A stretch of 64,000 bases of DNA, taken from IMG/VR virus record IMGVR_UViG_3300010158_000044; one strand, given 5' to 3'. A program made the translations under genes and the position numbers. This document shows, piece by piece, positions 18,999 to 29,188 of the stretch. Numbering within the stretch: position 1 is the first letter of the stretch; the number at the start of each line of letters is the position of its first letter. The DNA comes from an uncultured virus (IMG/VR IMGVR_UViG_3300010158_000044) (Duplodnaviria > Heunggongvirae > Uroviricota > Caudoviricetes). Below the pieces are notes generated by a model. The model was not told the origin of the DNA, did no database searches, and was given only the letters and a program-made list of their open reading frames with translations.

Positions 18999-19387
18999 GT
19001 AAAGCCTTAAGTTATCCGTATACAATTGGTCCTGATTCAGGGGTAGTTCAATATACTGAGTCAGCTGCTAAAATTTATGTCGATAAAGTTTTGACTTTGC
19101 TATCTTATTACGTAGGGCAACGCCCTATGCTTCCTACTTATGGAGTTGACTGGAGTAAGTCTTTATTTGAAAACGATAGTGATGCTCAAATTGCTATTCC
19201 TTTGGCAATTTCAGAAGCTATTTCAAAATGGATTCCAGAAGTTTCTGTGACCTCAGTAGATTTTGCTGGAAATAATTTTGACGGTACAGAAAATGTAATT
19301 GTGTCTTTAAAGCTGCCGGATGATACACTTACTTCTTTAACAATTAATACAGGCACCATTAGCTACAGCGGAATTATTGCGGGGTAA
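18995..19387 (+). CDS. gp25/gpW-like baseplate wedge protein
   Basis: GQRPMLPTYG, LFE, I..AI.KWIP.V. Confidence 0.88.
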   Translation: MSKALSYPYTIGPDSGVVQYTESAAKIYVDKVLTLLSYYVGQRPMLPTYGVDWSKSLFENDSDAQIAIPLAISEAISKWIPEVSVTSVDFAGNNFDGTENVIVSLKLPDDTLTSLTINTGTISYSGIIAG

Positions 19388-19389
19388 TT

Positions 19390-21141
19390 ATGCAAATCGA
19401 CTATACATCCAGAGACTTTGCCGCATTAAAAGCGGATTTAATTGCACTTATTAGGGAGCGTACCGGTACTAATTGGAACCCTACTGACTATTCAGATTTG
19501 GGCAATGTTCTTGTAGAAACGTTTGCTTATATGGGAGACATTATGTCACATTACTTAGATAGAATTGCTAATGAGACAACTATAGATACCGCTATCCAGC
19601 GTAAGACTTTGCTTTCTTTTGCAAAACTATATGACTATGTTATTTCAGGTCCTACCCCAGCAACTGTAAATGTAACTTTTACTAATGTAAGTTCTAATAC
19701 TATTGATATACCTATTGGTACACAAGTTATGGCGCCGCTATCTTTTGGTGCTTATGCAGAAGTGTATTTTGAAACAACAACTGCAGCGACTGCTATAGTT
19801 CCTGGGGCATCTATTACTTTACCTTGTCAAGAAGGAAAGACAGTAAATACAGATAAACCAGACTTAATTGATAGTACCTATAACATATCTCTTCCAGCTA
19901 ACTTAGGTTCTTCAGATGGTTCTGCTAATCAAACATTTTATATTCCTGAAACAGGCGTAGTAAATAACTCTATTACAGTATATGTAGGTCAAGGTGTTGC
20001 TTTTGGTATCTGGACCTATAAAGATAACCTATTTGAAGCTGGTCCTGGAGATAGGGTATTTACTACATCTCCTAATGAAGATGGAACAATTAACATTGTT
20101 TTTGGAGACAATGTGAACGGCGCTATTCCTCCTAGTGGGCAATTAATTAGTGCATCATATAAAGTTAGTGTTGGTTCTGCGGGAAATATTAAATCTTTAG
20201 CAATTACAGAACTTACTTTTTTTCCTGGAAATTTAGATCCACAAGTAACAACTTACTTTACAGTATCTAATAGTACTCCAGCTACTGGGGGTGCTGACGC
20301 AGACTCTACAGTTGATATTAAAAATAAAATTAAAGCTGCAGTACTTACTCGTCGTAGAGCAGTAACTCTATCAGATTATGCTTATTTAGCAAATCTAACA
20401 GAAGGTGTTGGCAAAGCCAATGCTGCATCAAGTGTATACACAAATATTAACCTTTATATTCAACCTATGAATGATGGACAAGCAGCTACCGGATACCCTC
20501 AAGTTAATATTGTTGGTACTTCTACAACCGGTTCTGCGGTTACGTTTGCTACAGATGTAGATCATGGCTTTGCTATTGGAAATACTGTTAATATATCTGG
20601 TGTAAATCCAAGTGTATATAATTTACAGGGAGCAGTTATTACTGCTATCCCAACATCTTCTTCTTTTACTGTAGCCGGTACTCCAACAGCAACATATATT
20701 GGCAATGGACTAGCTATTTCATTAACCCCAACTTCTGCTTGGACTAATCTTTCAACAGCAGTTCAAACTTATATGTCAGATAAAATTTTAACAGGAACTT
20801 CCTTAACAATTCTACCTCCAACATATGTCCCTATTTACTTATCTTCTACTGTAGTTGCAAATTCAGCATACAAAAATTCAGATATTAAACTAGCAATTTA
20901 TCAAGCTTTTCTTGGACAAGGCGGAATATTTTACTATGACAATAACGTATTTGGTGATGTAATTAACTTATCTCAAATAACTACAGCTATTCAATCTGTA
21001 CCAGGTGTTATTTCTGCAACTGTAACTCAGTTTTCTAGAGACGCATCAGCTACCGTAAATAACTCTTTAACTCTTGCTGCAAATGAAATTCCATATCTTC
21101 TTGCTTCTGCCTTAACAACTACAGTTACTGGTGGTATTTAA
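19390..21141 (+). CDS. baseplate J / gp6-like wedge protein
   Basis: IDYTSRDF, E.FAY.GD...YLDR.ANE, FGD.VNG.IP, A.GGAD, RAVT..DY. Confidence 0.92.
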   Translation: MQIDYTSRDFAALKADLIALIRERTGTNWNPTDYSDLGNVLVETFAYMGDIMSHYLDRIANETTIDTAIQRKTLLSFAKLYDYVISGPTPATVNVTFTNVSSNTIDIPIGTQVMAPLSFGAYAEVYFETTTAATAIVPGASITLPCQEGKTVNTDKPDLIDSTYNISLPANLGSSDGSANQTFYIPETGVVNNSITVYVGQGVAFGIWTYKDNLFEAGPGDRVFTTSPNEDGTINIVFGDNVNGAIPPSGQLISASYKVSVGSAGNIKSLAITELTFFPGNLDPQVTTYFTVSNSTPATGGADADSTVDIKNKIKAAVLTRRRAVTLSDYAYLANLTEGVGKANAASSVYTNINLYIQPMNDGQAATGYPQVNIVGTSTTGSAVTFATDVDHGFAIGNTVNISGVNPSVYNLQGAVITAIPTSSSFTVAGTPTATYIGNGLAISLTPTSAWTNLSTAVQTYMSDKILTGTSLTILPPTYVPIYLSSTVVANSAYKNSDIKLAIYQAFLGQGGIFYYDNNVFGDVINLSQITTAIQSVPGVISATVTQFSRDASATVNNSLTLAANEIPYLLASALTTTVTGGI

Positions 21142-21144
21142 TAA

Positions 21145-22467
21145 ATGGCAAAGTATGGTACTAAACTATATGGGTCTGGAGTACGCTATGGAGTTACCTC
21201 TGTAGTAGGTGTTTACTACCAGTCTAATATTGTTGCACTTTCAAGTGATTACCAAACTATTAAGCTTTCTTGGAGCCCGATAATTCCCGATCCTTCTGAT
21301 CCTACACCTACTCACTGGGCGTTAGTAAAAAGCTACACCGGTACATTAGATGATCCAAATAAAGGTACAATCCTTATCGGAGGTGCCTATAACTCAATTG
21401 GTATTTCCTATACAGATGTTATTGCAGATTATCAAGACTTAGAAATATCATATTCTATTTGGTTATTTAACGGATCTAGCTGGAAATTTTGTGGCTCTAC
21501 CTATACGTTTCTTGTTTCTGACAAAAACTCTTTAGTTAAAATAAGTAATTGGTTGCCTAAAGCATGGCTTAATCAAAGTAGTAATATTGGAGAAGGTTTA
21601 TCCTACTATGGAGATAATAGCTTTGTAACTATCCTTGGCGTATTTGCTTTTATGTACGATTATATGCGGGTAGAGGGAAATGTACTAGGAAATTCTTTAA
21701 ATCCAATTTATACTCCAAGTGCTTTGTTGCAAAATAAATCTACAAGTTTAGGGTTTACTTACGAAGCTGCATTAGGAGATATTTACAATCGTTCTATTTC
21801 CTCAACCGGAAATATCATAAACTCTTATAAAGGAACTTCGCTTGGTTTAACAACCTACACCACAGCTTTGACTCACTGGGGCGCCAGCTATTCTTTAGGT
21901 CATAATTTAATGCTTGACTATAACGACTCTTCTTTTGAAGAATCTATAGGACGGTGGGGCGTTTCTGCGGGTACTCTTATTAAATCAACTTACACTATTG
22001 AAAGTATAATTGCCCCTACCCCATTTATTGATTCAGCATACCCTGCAAAAAATACAGGCGTAGGTAAATTAAACACTGCTGGATTAAGCTCAGTAACTAT
22101 GTCATTACCGGCTTCAGGCCTTGATATAAAAACTAACGGCATACCGATTAGCGCCAATACCCGCTATCTATTTAGTGGTTGGGTACGTCATGATGCGGGC
22201 AGTGCTAAAACAATTTCTGCTACCATTACTTGGTATGACCAGTTTGGTAAGTCTTTGGGAACAACCGCAGCCGGTACCAGCCTAACCACATCTACTACTT
22301 TTTCTGAGTTTACTACCGCCTCTGATTCAGGTAGAAACGGTAAACTTTCTCCTTTAAATTCTGTTTTTGCCCAGATTACTATTACTATTTCCACTAGTAT
22401 TTCTACTAATACATTCACCCTAGACAGCTCTGTCAATGGTATACTCGACACCTCAGTGCTAGGATAG
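21145..22467 (+). CDS. baseplate wedge/tail protein (P2 gpI-like plus carbohydrate-binding domain), N-terminal part
   Basis: YKGT..GL motif; NDSSFEESIGRW start of a CBM-like domain; unusual C-terminus. Confidence 0.7.
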   Translation: MAKYGTKLYGSGVRYGVTSVVGVYYQSNIVALSSDYQTIKLSWSPIIPDPSDPTPTHWALVKSYTGTLDDPNKGTILIGGAYNSIGISYTDVIADYQDLEISYSIWLFNGSSWKFCGSTYTFLVSDKNSLVKISNWLPKAWLNQSSNIGEGLSYYGDNSFVTILGVFAFMYDYMRVEGNVLGNSLNPIYTPSALLQNKSTSLGFTYEAALGDIYNRSISSTGNIINSYKGTSLGLTTYTTALTHWGASYSLGHNLMLDYNDSSFEESIGRWGVSAGTLIKSTYTIESIIAPTPFIDSAYPAKNTGVGKLNTAGLSSVTMSLPASGLDIKTNGIPISANTRYLFSGWVRHDAGSAKTISATITWYDQFGKSLGTTAAGTSLTTSTTFSEFTTASDSGRNGKLSPLNSVFAQITITISTSISTNTFTLDSSVNGILDTSVLG

Positions 22468-22477
22468 TAAGGAAAAA

Positions 22478-22753
22478 ATGACATATAAACTATTTAACAG
22501 TGGCGATATTCTCACTGCTGCAAATGTTAATAGCTATCTAATGAATCAAAGTACAATGGTTTTTGCCTCTGCCTCTGCACGTACAACCGCCCTTACTAGC
22601 GTGCTAGCTGAAGGTATGGTATCTTATCGTACAGACAGCCACATACTAGAGTACTATAATGGAACTACTTGGACCTCTATAATTCCTTCACTTACAACAA
22701 CTTCTGGGGCAGATGACAACATAATCCTTACTACTATGGGAGCGTATCTATAA
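22478..22753 (+). CDS. small tail-fibre anchor-type protein
   Basis: F.SGD.LTAA.VN.YLM.Q..MVFA...AR..AL...LAEGM.SY..D motif of actinophage minor tail proteins. Confidence 0.65.
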   Translation: MTYKLFNSGDILTAANVNSYLMNQSTMVFASASARTTALTSVLAEGMVSYRTDSHILEYYNGTTWTSIIPSLTTTSGADDNIILTTMGAYL

Positions 22754-23070
22754 TGGCCGTATCAGCAAAAACCCTCTTTAGAGGAGCAGCCACAACCACT
22801 ACAACAACTACGTTGTATACAGTGCCTACTACCTCAACCACGACAGTAGTAACTAACATTGCCGTTACCAATACAGCAGCATCTGCTGGTACCTTTACTC
22901 TTACAATAGACGGAGTTGATTTACATACGGCAACAACAATTGCCGCAAGTACAACTGTCTACATTGATTGCAAGCAAGTAATACCTGCTAACGCAACTCC
23001 TAAAATTATAAGGGGTGGCGCTTCAGCAACTACTATTAACTTTCACATAAGCGGAGTGGAGATAGTCTAA
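22753..23070 (+). CDS. small structural protein
   Basis: TLYTVP...TTVVTNI.V.N...NFHISGVEI; TAATG coupling. Confidence 0.6.
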   Translation: MAVSAKTLFRGAATTTTTTTLYTVPTTSTTTVVTNIAVTNTAASAGTFTLTIDGVDLHTATTIAASTTVYIDCKQVIPANATPKIIRGGASATTINFHISGVEIV

Positions 23071-23071
23071 A

Positions 23072-24430
23072 ATGGGTATTAGTACATTTCCTGTAGCCGC
23101 AAGTTCTTCATCATCTTCTTTACCTGCTGGTGCAACTTCTTTAGTTTATTCTGGAAACGTTGGTAAAGGCATAGGATTTTATACAACTTCACTTAATGCT
23201 GGAAACTATATTATTAACGTAGCTCCTGCAGAAGGTTTAGCCTATATATCTGCTAACTCACCTGTTAACGCGTATTACTCAGATGAATTAGCTTCTTTTC
23301 AAAATCAATATATATCTTTAACAACTACCGAATCAAACTTTACAGTAGGAGCTGGATTAGGAACTGGAAAAGAAAATCGAATAAATCTTAATACGGCTGG
23401 CGGAGCCTCCTATGGAACCCCCGCTTTTCAAAGTACTGTAATAATTGGAACATCCATATTTTTTACTTCTTGGACTGGTGCCCAGACTTTTGTAAATAAA
23501 ATAGTAGGAACTACGGCTCAAACTGTATCTTCAGCTCTTGCTACATATACGACTACAGGTAGCCCAAATATTGCTGGAGTTTCGGCTTACGGTAATTCTA
23601 TCGGTTTATTGCCTGCCACAGATATTCTTACTAACTATTATTTTAGAACTACAGATGCTGGTGTTAGCTGGTCTCGCGTTGGCGGGGCAACTACAGCAAC
23701 AACACAAATATTTTTTGGATCTAATACTAATACTTTTATTACTGTAGCTAATTCTGGAAACTCCACCTCCTCTATTTATTCATCTACAGATGCAGCTACT
23801 TGGACAGCTAGAACCGTTCCTACAAGTGGTGCGGCCATGTACTGTGGGGTATATGGAAACAACGCGTTTGTAGCTGCTGGCGCTTCTGGAACAATTATTT
23901 CATCTACTGACGGAATTACTTGGGCAGCCCGTACTGTTGCATATACAAATACTTTTAACTCTGCAACTTTTGGAAATGGTAAATTTTTAGTGGGTGGCTC
24001 AGTAAATAACCTTACTTATGGAAGTGCAGCAAACGGTGCATATTCTACTGATGGAACTACTTGGACAATTACCTCTATTAACGGAAGAGGTAACCAATCA
24101 AATCCAACTATATCAACTAATAACTTATTTTTTGCTAATGGATATTATTGGTATATGGATACAGGTAACATTCCAGAAACAGCTCCTCGTAAAAGTAGAT
24201 ATATTTTGCATTTTTCTACAGATGCAATTACTTGGAGAACAGTTACGGGAGAAAATACTTTGTTTAGTAATATTCAAAATGCTACTAGCTCTTGGGCTGC
24301 TCAAAATACTAGCACCTATCCTTTAATCTATAATAATCAAATTTATTGGAGTACGAGTAGTGGTGGCAATAATTTCGCAAATTTACAGCCATTAATTCCG
24401 TTTACTGTTTCAATTTATTCTGCTTCATAA
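23072..24430 (+). CDS. tail fibre/spike with Asp-box (BNR-like) beta-propeller repeats
   Basis: TTDAGVSW, SSTDAATW, SSTDGITW, YSTDGTTW, FSTDAITW. Confidence 0.75.
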   Translation: MGISTFPVAASSSSSSLPAGATSLVYSGNVGKGIGFYTTSLNAGNYIINVAPAEGLAYISANSPVNAYYSDELASFQNQYISLTTTESNFTVGAGLGTGKENRINLNTAGGASYGTPAFQSTVIIGTSIFFTSWTGAQTFVNKIVGTTAQTVSSALATYTTTGSPNIAGVSAYGNSIGLLPATDILTNYYFRTTDAGVSWSRVGGATTATTQIFFGSNTNTFITVANSGNSTSSIYSSTDAATWTARTVPTSGAAMYCGVYGNNAFVAAGASGTIISSTDGITWAARTVAYTNTFNSATFGNGKFLVGGSVNNLTYGSAANGAYSTDGTTWTITSINGRGNQSNPTISTNNLFFANGYYWYMDTGNIPETAPRKSRYILHFSTDAITWRTVTGENTLFSNIQNATSSWAAQNTSTYPLIYNNQIYWSTSSGGNNFANLQPLIPFTVSIYSAS

Positions 24431-24443
24431 CGAAAGGTAAAAA

Positions 24444-25118
24444 ATGGAAGGCAAACCACACGCAAATATAGTAATCTGTACTCCAGGTTCATCTATGTTA
24501 GGTTCTTATGTTCAATCATTATTAAGATTAGTTGCTTATTTAGCGCAAGAAAAAATTACTTTTGCGTTTGCTAACGGGGTTTCATCTCATGTTGGGGATG
24601 CTCGAGAAGTAACATTAAGCGGAACTAGAGAAAATTCTTTTACAGAACAACGACCATTAGAAGGTGGTCTTACTTACGACAAGTTAATGTGGATAGATTC
24701 TGATATTGCTTTTGAACCTGAAGACGTAGTAAAGCTTTACAGAAGCGATAAAGATATTATTTCAGGCGGATATTTAATGGCTAACGGTACTGTTCCAATT
24801 CATAAAGAAACATTAGCTTCACCAATTACTTACGAAGAAGTATTAGAGATGAAAGAACCTGTTAAAATTGCTGGGGCAGGCTTTGGATTTATATGTATTA
24901 AACAGGGCGTATTTGAAAGTATTCCTCGCCCGTGGTTTCAATCTGTACAAGTTACTGCACAAGTAGACGGAAAAGGGTATAATTTTAATATGATGGGAGA
25001 AGACCTATCGTTTTGCGAAAGTGCAAGTCAAGCTGGTTTTGAAATCTGGTTTGACCCTAGCGTTCGTGTAACACACCACAAAACTGTAAAACTTACTTGG
25101 GAAGGAATAAGACCATAA
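24444..25118 (+). CDS. glycosyltransferase (GT-A fold, family 2-like)
   Basis: MWIDSDI DxD motif, AGFGF..IK.GVFE...PWF, GEDLSFC, V.H.K. Confidence 0.85.
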   Translation: MEGKPHANIVICTPGSSMLGSYVQSLLRLVAYLAQEKITFAFANGVSSHVGDAREVTLSGTRENSFTEQRPLEGGLTYDKLMWIDSDIAFEPEDVVKLYRSDKDIISGGYLMANGTVPIHKETLASPITYEEVLEMKEPVKIAGAGFGFICIKQGVFESIPRPWFQSVQVTAQVDGKGYNFNMMGEDLSFCESASQAGFEIWFDPSVRVTHHKTVKLTWEGIRP

Positions 25119-25339
25119 TGGCAAAAAATCCATTTCGCTATGAAGTAGATGACGAAAACACCGTTCGTATTTGGAACGCCAATACACCTAATGAGGCAGG
25201 CGCACCTGATATTCTTCAACCTTTTAATCCTAACAATAGCAATCAACCTTGGGCTTCTAAAGAGGAAGCAACTGAATGGGCTAAAAATGTTATTGCTGAA
25301 TTATCAAATCCACCAGTTATAGAAACCCCAACAGAATAA
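25118..25339 (+). CDS. small tail-fibre-associated protein
   Basis: TAATG coupling; QP..P....PW...EEA..WA. Confidence 0.55.
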   Translation: MAKNPFRYEVDDENTVRIWNANTPNEAGAPDILQPFNPNNSNQPWASKEEATEWAKNVIAELSNPPVIETPTE

Positions 25340-25363
25340 TTATTTACTCTTTAAGGAGATCTG

Positions 25364-27328
25364 ATGGCTGACAATGTTTACTTTGACATGCTTCAATTTG
25401 CTGAAGCATCTCATAGTCTTATGTATGAAGACGCCCGTAAGATCTACATTAATGTTGCTGGTGAAAAAGAAAACTACTTTTACAATCCAGAAATGGAATA
25501 CGGTTTATCTTCTTGGACTCCTTTAAATGGAAACCTTAGTCAAGACAGTGTAACTACTGCGGCAATTGTTCACGGAACTAAAGTAGGCAAGTTAACTTCT
25601 ATTGCTACCGGTACCGCTGCTTATATCTCTGATTGGGTTGCTATAGAGCCAGGACAACAAATTGTTGCCAGTGCTTATATACTGGGGTCTGCGGCTAGGA
25701 CAGTAAAAGTAAGAATTGAATTTTCTAATCAATCCTCTACACAACTGCAGTCATCAATTCTTTCAGATGCTGATGGACAATATTACCCAACTACTCAATA
25801 TTTTGTAGATAGCAATCCTTTTACTCTTTCTACTACTGCACCTATTCAAGTTTATGGTACAGGTATTACCCCACCATTTTCTCAAGATGCTGGCAATCCT
25901 TTAGTTAAAGTAAGTTTTTATTTTACAGACAATGTGGCTGGAGATAGTTACTGGTTAGATGGAGGACTCCTTGAAAAGTCTTCTGCAATTGATCCATTTT
26001 TTTCTGGCGATGGTGGAATAGCTATCACTAATCCATTGACTCAACAATATTACGCCCCCGCAGATTGTAAATGGGAATTTAAAGAAGTATATAACTATGT
26101 AAGTAACTCGGGATTTGAAACAAATACTACAGACTGGACAGCAGGTAGCGGTACTCTTACCCGTATTGCTTCAGATGCGGGTTTGTTACCTAAGTATGGC
26201 AATTATTTTGGAAAGTTAACTTATTCTTCTACCGGATCTTTAAGCGGAACTGCTTATCTTTCTTCAGCAGCAGTCGGTGGAGAAGACTTTATCATTTCTG
26301 CCTATGTTCGTGGAGCTCAAGCAACATATACATTAGGTACAAATACATTTACAATTTCTTCAGCTGAAAAGGGGGATTGGAAAAGAATTCACACCGTAGT
26401 TCAGTTAGCTGCTGGTGCCACTACTGTTCCTTTTACTATTTCTATATCTAATACTACAGGCTCTACCTCAACATACTTTCATATTGATGGAGTTCATGGC
26501 GAGTATGGTCGAATAGTAAATCAATATTTAGATATAACTTCTGGAAGTACTTTTATTATTAATAACCCTTTAACTTCTGGTAAAACTATTTGGGCAGCTA
26601 AAGTTCAAAGTGTTGGTGGAGGAAAGAGCAGTTATTTTTCTAACTATGGAACTAAAATTAATAGATTAAATGCAACTTTAGGAAACTATATGCCCGTAGG
26701 GGGGAACTGGGGAATTGCTACAGGCCGATCATCTGATGTTTACGCAGACCTACCTAACGCTAAAATTTCCTCTTCTTCTTTTGAAAATGATTTAAATGGT
26801 TGGGCTGCAGTTAACTCTACATTAACTAGAAAAATTGCTAGTGGAACTTTATTAGGTGATAGTGTCACTCATGGCCAAGGATATTGCCGAGTTACTACGG
26901 CAGGCTCTAGTTTCAGCCCATATTTTGGTATTCAAACTGGAAAAATTTATATTGTTGCTGATGCCGGTTATTATTCTTCTGTAGCTATACGTCCAATTAA
27001 CTCAGACTCTTTAGGCATCTATAGCCTAAGAGTAGATTACTACGACATTAATGATAACGTTATAGTTGTATATCAAGATAATATTACCGGCGCTAAAACT
27101 ACTAACTCTAAAGACTCTACAGGGGCTTCTAACTCAGAAATTACTTCAACTGCTAGGTCTAAAGTTGTTTCAATAACTCACACTAATCGTTGGGCTTATA
27201 TTGGAAACTCATTTCCGGTTAGCTCTATTACTGGATCCGCATACGCAATTGTTACCATATCTTGTGGCCCAACCACATATGTCTCAGGTCAAGGCTTCGA
27301 TATTGACAGAGTTGTCTTTAGAGAGTAG
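25364..27328 (+). CDS. tail protein with tandem carbohydrate-binding (CBM4/9-like) domains; C-terminal part of split wedge gene
   Basis: TAAGGAG RBS; repeated NP.ME/NSGFE/SSSFE...W domain starts and LDG/IDG/IDR closing strands. Confidence 0.7.
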   Translation: MADNVYFDMLQFAEASHSLMYEDARKIYINVAGEKENYFYNPEMEYGLSSWTPLNGNLSQDSVTTAAIVHGTKVGKLTSIATGTAAYISDWVAIEPGQQIVASAYILGSAARTVKVRIEFSNQSSTQLQSSILSDADGQYYPTTQYFVDSNPFTLSTTAPIQVYGTGITPPFSQDAGNPLVKVSFYFTDNVAGDSYWLDGGLLEKSSAIDPFFSGDGGIAITNPLTQQYYAPADCKWEFKEVYNYVSNSGFETNTTDWTAGSGTLTRIASDAGLLPKYGNYFGKLTYSSTGSLSGTAYLSSAAVGGEDFIISAYVRGAQATYTLGTNTFTISSAEKGDWKRIHTVVQLAAGATTVPFTISISNTTGSTSTYFHIDGVHGEYGRIVNQYLDITSGSTFIINNPLTSGKTIWAAKVQSVGGGKSSYFSNYGTKINRLNATLGNYMPVGGNWGIATGRSSDVYADLPNAKISSSSFENDLNGWAAVNSTLTRKIASGTLLGDSVTHGQGYCRVTTAGSSFSPYFGIQTGKIYIVADAGYYSSVAIRPINSDSLGIYSLRVDYYDINDNVIVVYQDNITGAKTTNSKDSTGASNSEITSTARSKVVSITHTNRWAYIGNSFPVSSITGSAYAIVTISCGPTTYVSGQGFDIDRVVFRE

Positions 27329-27338
27329 ACTGTTTTAT

Positions 27339-27605
27339 ATGGGCACATTAATAGTTTCAGCGTTAGCAACAGCGTGTATTTTGGCTGCAGTAGAAGCATT
27401 CTTACTCAAGCTTGGTAAGTGGCGTAGCTTGTTAGGTCTTGTACTAAGTTTAATCTTTTGTCTAATCTTGACAGTAAGGTTGCGCTTTCTATTTCCTTAC
27501 ATTCTAGCATCCACATTCATTGGGCTTACACTGTCACTGCTTGTGGAACAGATCTTTACCGGACTTCCAAAAGGCGATTTGCCAAAACGTATCCCACCTC
27601 GGTAG
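27339..27605 (+). CDS. small membrane protein (3 hydrophobic segments)
   Basis: leaderless-type start TAGACT-N7-ATG; hydrophobic helices. Confidence 0.65.
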   Translation: MGTLIVSALATACILAAVEAFLLKLGKWRSLLGLVLSLIFCLILTVRLRFLFPYILASTFIGLTLSLLVEQIFTGLPKGDLPKRIPPR

Positions 27606-27626
27606 AATATTTAAAGAGGGGGCTTT

Positions 27627-28547
27627 ATGAAATCAGCATATTCAAATCCGTACTTGTCCGCTAGGGCAAAAGGGGTGTTCGCATATTACGCAGAGCTAGG
27701 CAGACCTGTATCTGCCGACGAGCTTTCTGCTGTCATGCCCGAAGGCAGAGACGCTATCCAGTCTGCAATCAACGAATTGAAACGTTTTGGATACATTATC
27801 ACGACCCGAGAGCAAGTTAACGGGAAGTGGAATTCATACATGAAGTTCACAAAAGGGGCTAAAAAGCTTCTTGGCACCGACACCGGATTTTCAGGGCTCT
27901 TGTATGTCTATAGTGATACAGCTGCTGTGACTAGTACTAACGATATATCTACAGTAGATAAACCTATAGTAGAACTACTACGTAGTTCTACTATATTGGG
28001 AAAAAATTTCCCAAGTAAAGAAGGAGTTGAAATGGGATGGGATTTAGATGGAGATGAAACTCCTAAGCCTAAAAAGTTTGTCGAAGAGGATCCTGCTGGA
28101 GCGGTAGGTCGAATTGAAGACAAGGTCGCTATGCGCAGACTTAAGTATGGGGCTAAGCCTGAGACTTCAGTTACTCATCGCAGCAATATGCCTGAGGAGA
28201 ACTGGAGTACAGCAGATTTAGTTTCAGAGTTTGGATCATTACTAAACGCAAGTACAGCTGGACATCTCACCATGCAGCTTAACACACGCTCACTAGCGTT
28301 ATGGATTAACCAGCAGGTTGGTAAAGGTGCGACTAGACAACAGGTACTTACATCGATTAGAATGTTCTTTGAGGACCCACGCAATTTAAACAACGCTGGA
28401 ACAGGTATTCCTATCTGGCGTAAGTTCATCGCTTACTATCAGACGGTAGAGGGAACTGTGACTCGGGAAGAACTTCCTGACTCATACGATGAAGAGATGG
28501 TTAGAAACCAGCAAGAAAAGATGCTACGACTACTAGGGGGCAAGTAA
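27627..28547 (+). CDS. replication initiator (N-terminal winged HTH)
   Basis: LS..AKGV..Y, EGRDAI.SAINEL...GYI; upstream of DnaC-like loader. Confidence 0.7.
   Translation: MKSAYSNPYLSARAKGVFAYYAELGRPVSADELSAVMPEGRDAIQSAINELKRFGYIITTREQVNGKWNSYMKFTKGAKKLLGTDTGFSGLLYVYSDTAAVTSTNDISTVDKPIVELLRSSTILGKNFPSKEGVEMGWDLDGDETPKPKKFVEEDPAGAVGRIEDKVAMRRLKYGAKPETSVTHRSNMPEENWSTADLVSEFGSLLNASTAGHLTMQLNTRSLALWINQQVGKGATRQQVLTSIRMFFEDPRNLNNAGTGIPIWRKFIAYYQTVEGTVTREELPDSYDEEMVRNQQEKMLRLLGGK
27946..28014. repeat. three consecutive perfect inverted repeats (candidate origin)
   Basis: TATCTAC-a-GTAGATA; TATAGTAGAACTAC-tac-GTAGTTCTACTATA; TTGGGAAA-aaa-TTTCCCAA. Confidence 0.8.
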
Positions 28548-29188
28548 TGTACGACATTAACAAAGAGTCTCCTACAACCCGCCACGCTATCCTGCGGGCT
28601 ACCTTGCCTATGAAAACCATCGGTATGGAGTTCTCAGACCTAGATAACCCTCAGGTTGTCTCCGTGGTCCAGAAATGGGTAGATACAGTCCGGTCAGGGA
28701 TGGTCATTAAAAGCCCTGGAAGCCCCTCTAGCGGCCTTGGACTAGCCTTGGTAGGGTTACCAGGTCATGGCAAGACCACATTGGCCTCTGTAGCCCTGCA
28801 GGAGCTTATTCGTACTATGCCAGTCTCCTCTAACCAGCCAGGTCTATTTATGGATTACCCAAAATACCTACGGCTTGAGAAGGAGTCTTGGACAGACTCT
28901 GAAGCTAAGGACTTGATTCAAAAGATTAACGGGGATGTAAGAGATGCCATACCACTTTTTATCTTAGATGACTTAGGAAAAGAATATCGAACTGCAAGTG
29001 GTTGGTCAGAAAATATGTTTGATGCGGTGTTGCGTTCTCGCTTTAATGCGGGATTACCAACTATCGTAACTACAAATGTTAAGTTTTCAAAGTGGAGAAG
29101 TACTTACGGAGAAGCAATGGAAAGCTTTGCCCATGAAGCATTCATGTGGGCTGATGTAGAATTAGAGACAGGGGATCGACGCAAATGA
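28547..29188 (+). CDS. DnaC/IstB-like AAA+ helicase loader
   Basis: GLPGHGKT Walker A, ILDDLGKE Walker B, PTIVTTN. Confidence 0.9.
   Translation: MYDINKESPTTRHAILRATLPMKTIGMEFSDLDNPQVVSVVQKWVDTVRSGMVIKSPGSPSSGLGLALVGLPGHGKTTLASVALQELIRTMPVSSNQPGLFMDYPKYLRLEKESWTDSEAKDLIQKINGDVRDAIPLFILDDLGKEYRTASGWSENMFDAVLRSRFNAGLPTIVTTNVKFSKWRSTYGEAMESFAHEAFMWADVELETGDRRK

Noticed and set aside
22400..25363. Inserted cassette as a transposon or IS
   Set aside because: No transposase or integrase, terminal inverted repeats or target-site duplication visible; looks like illegitimate recombination
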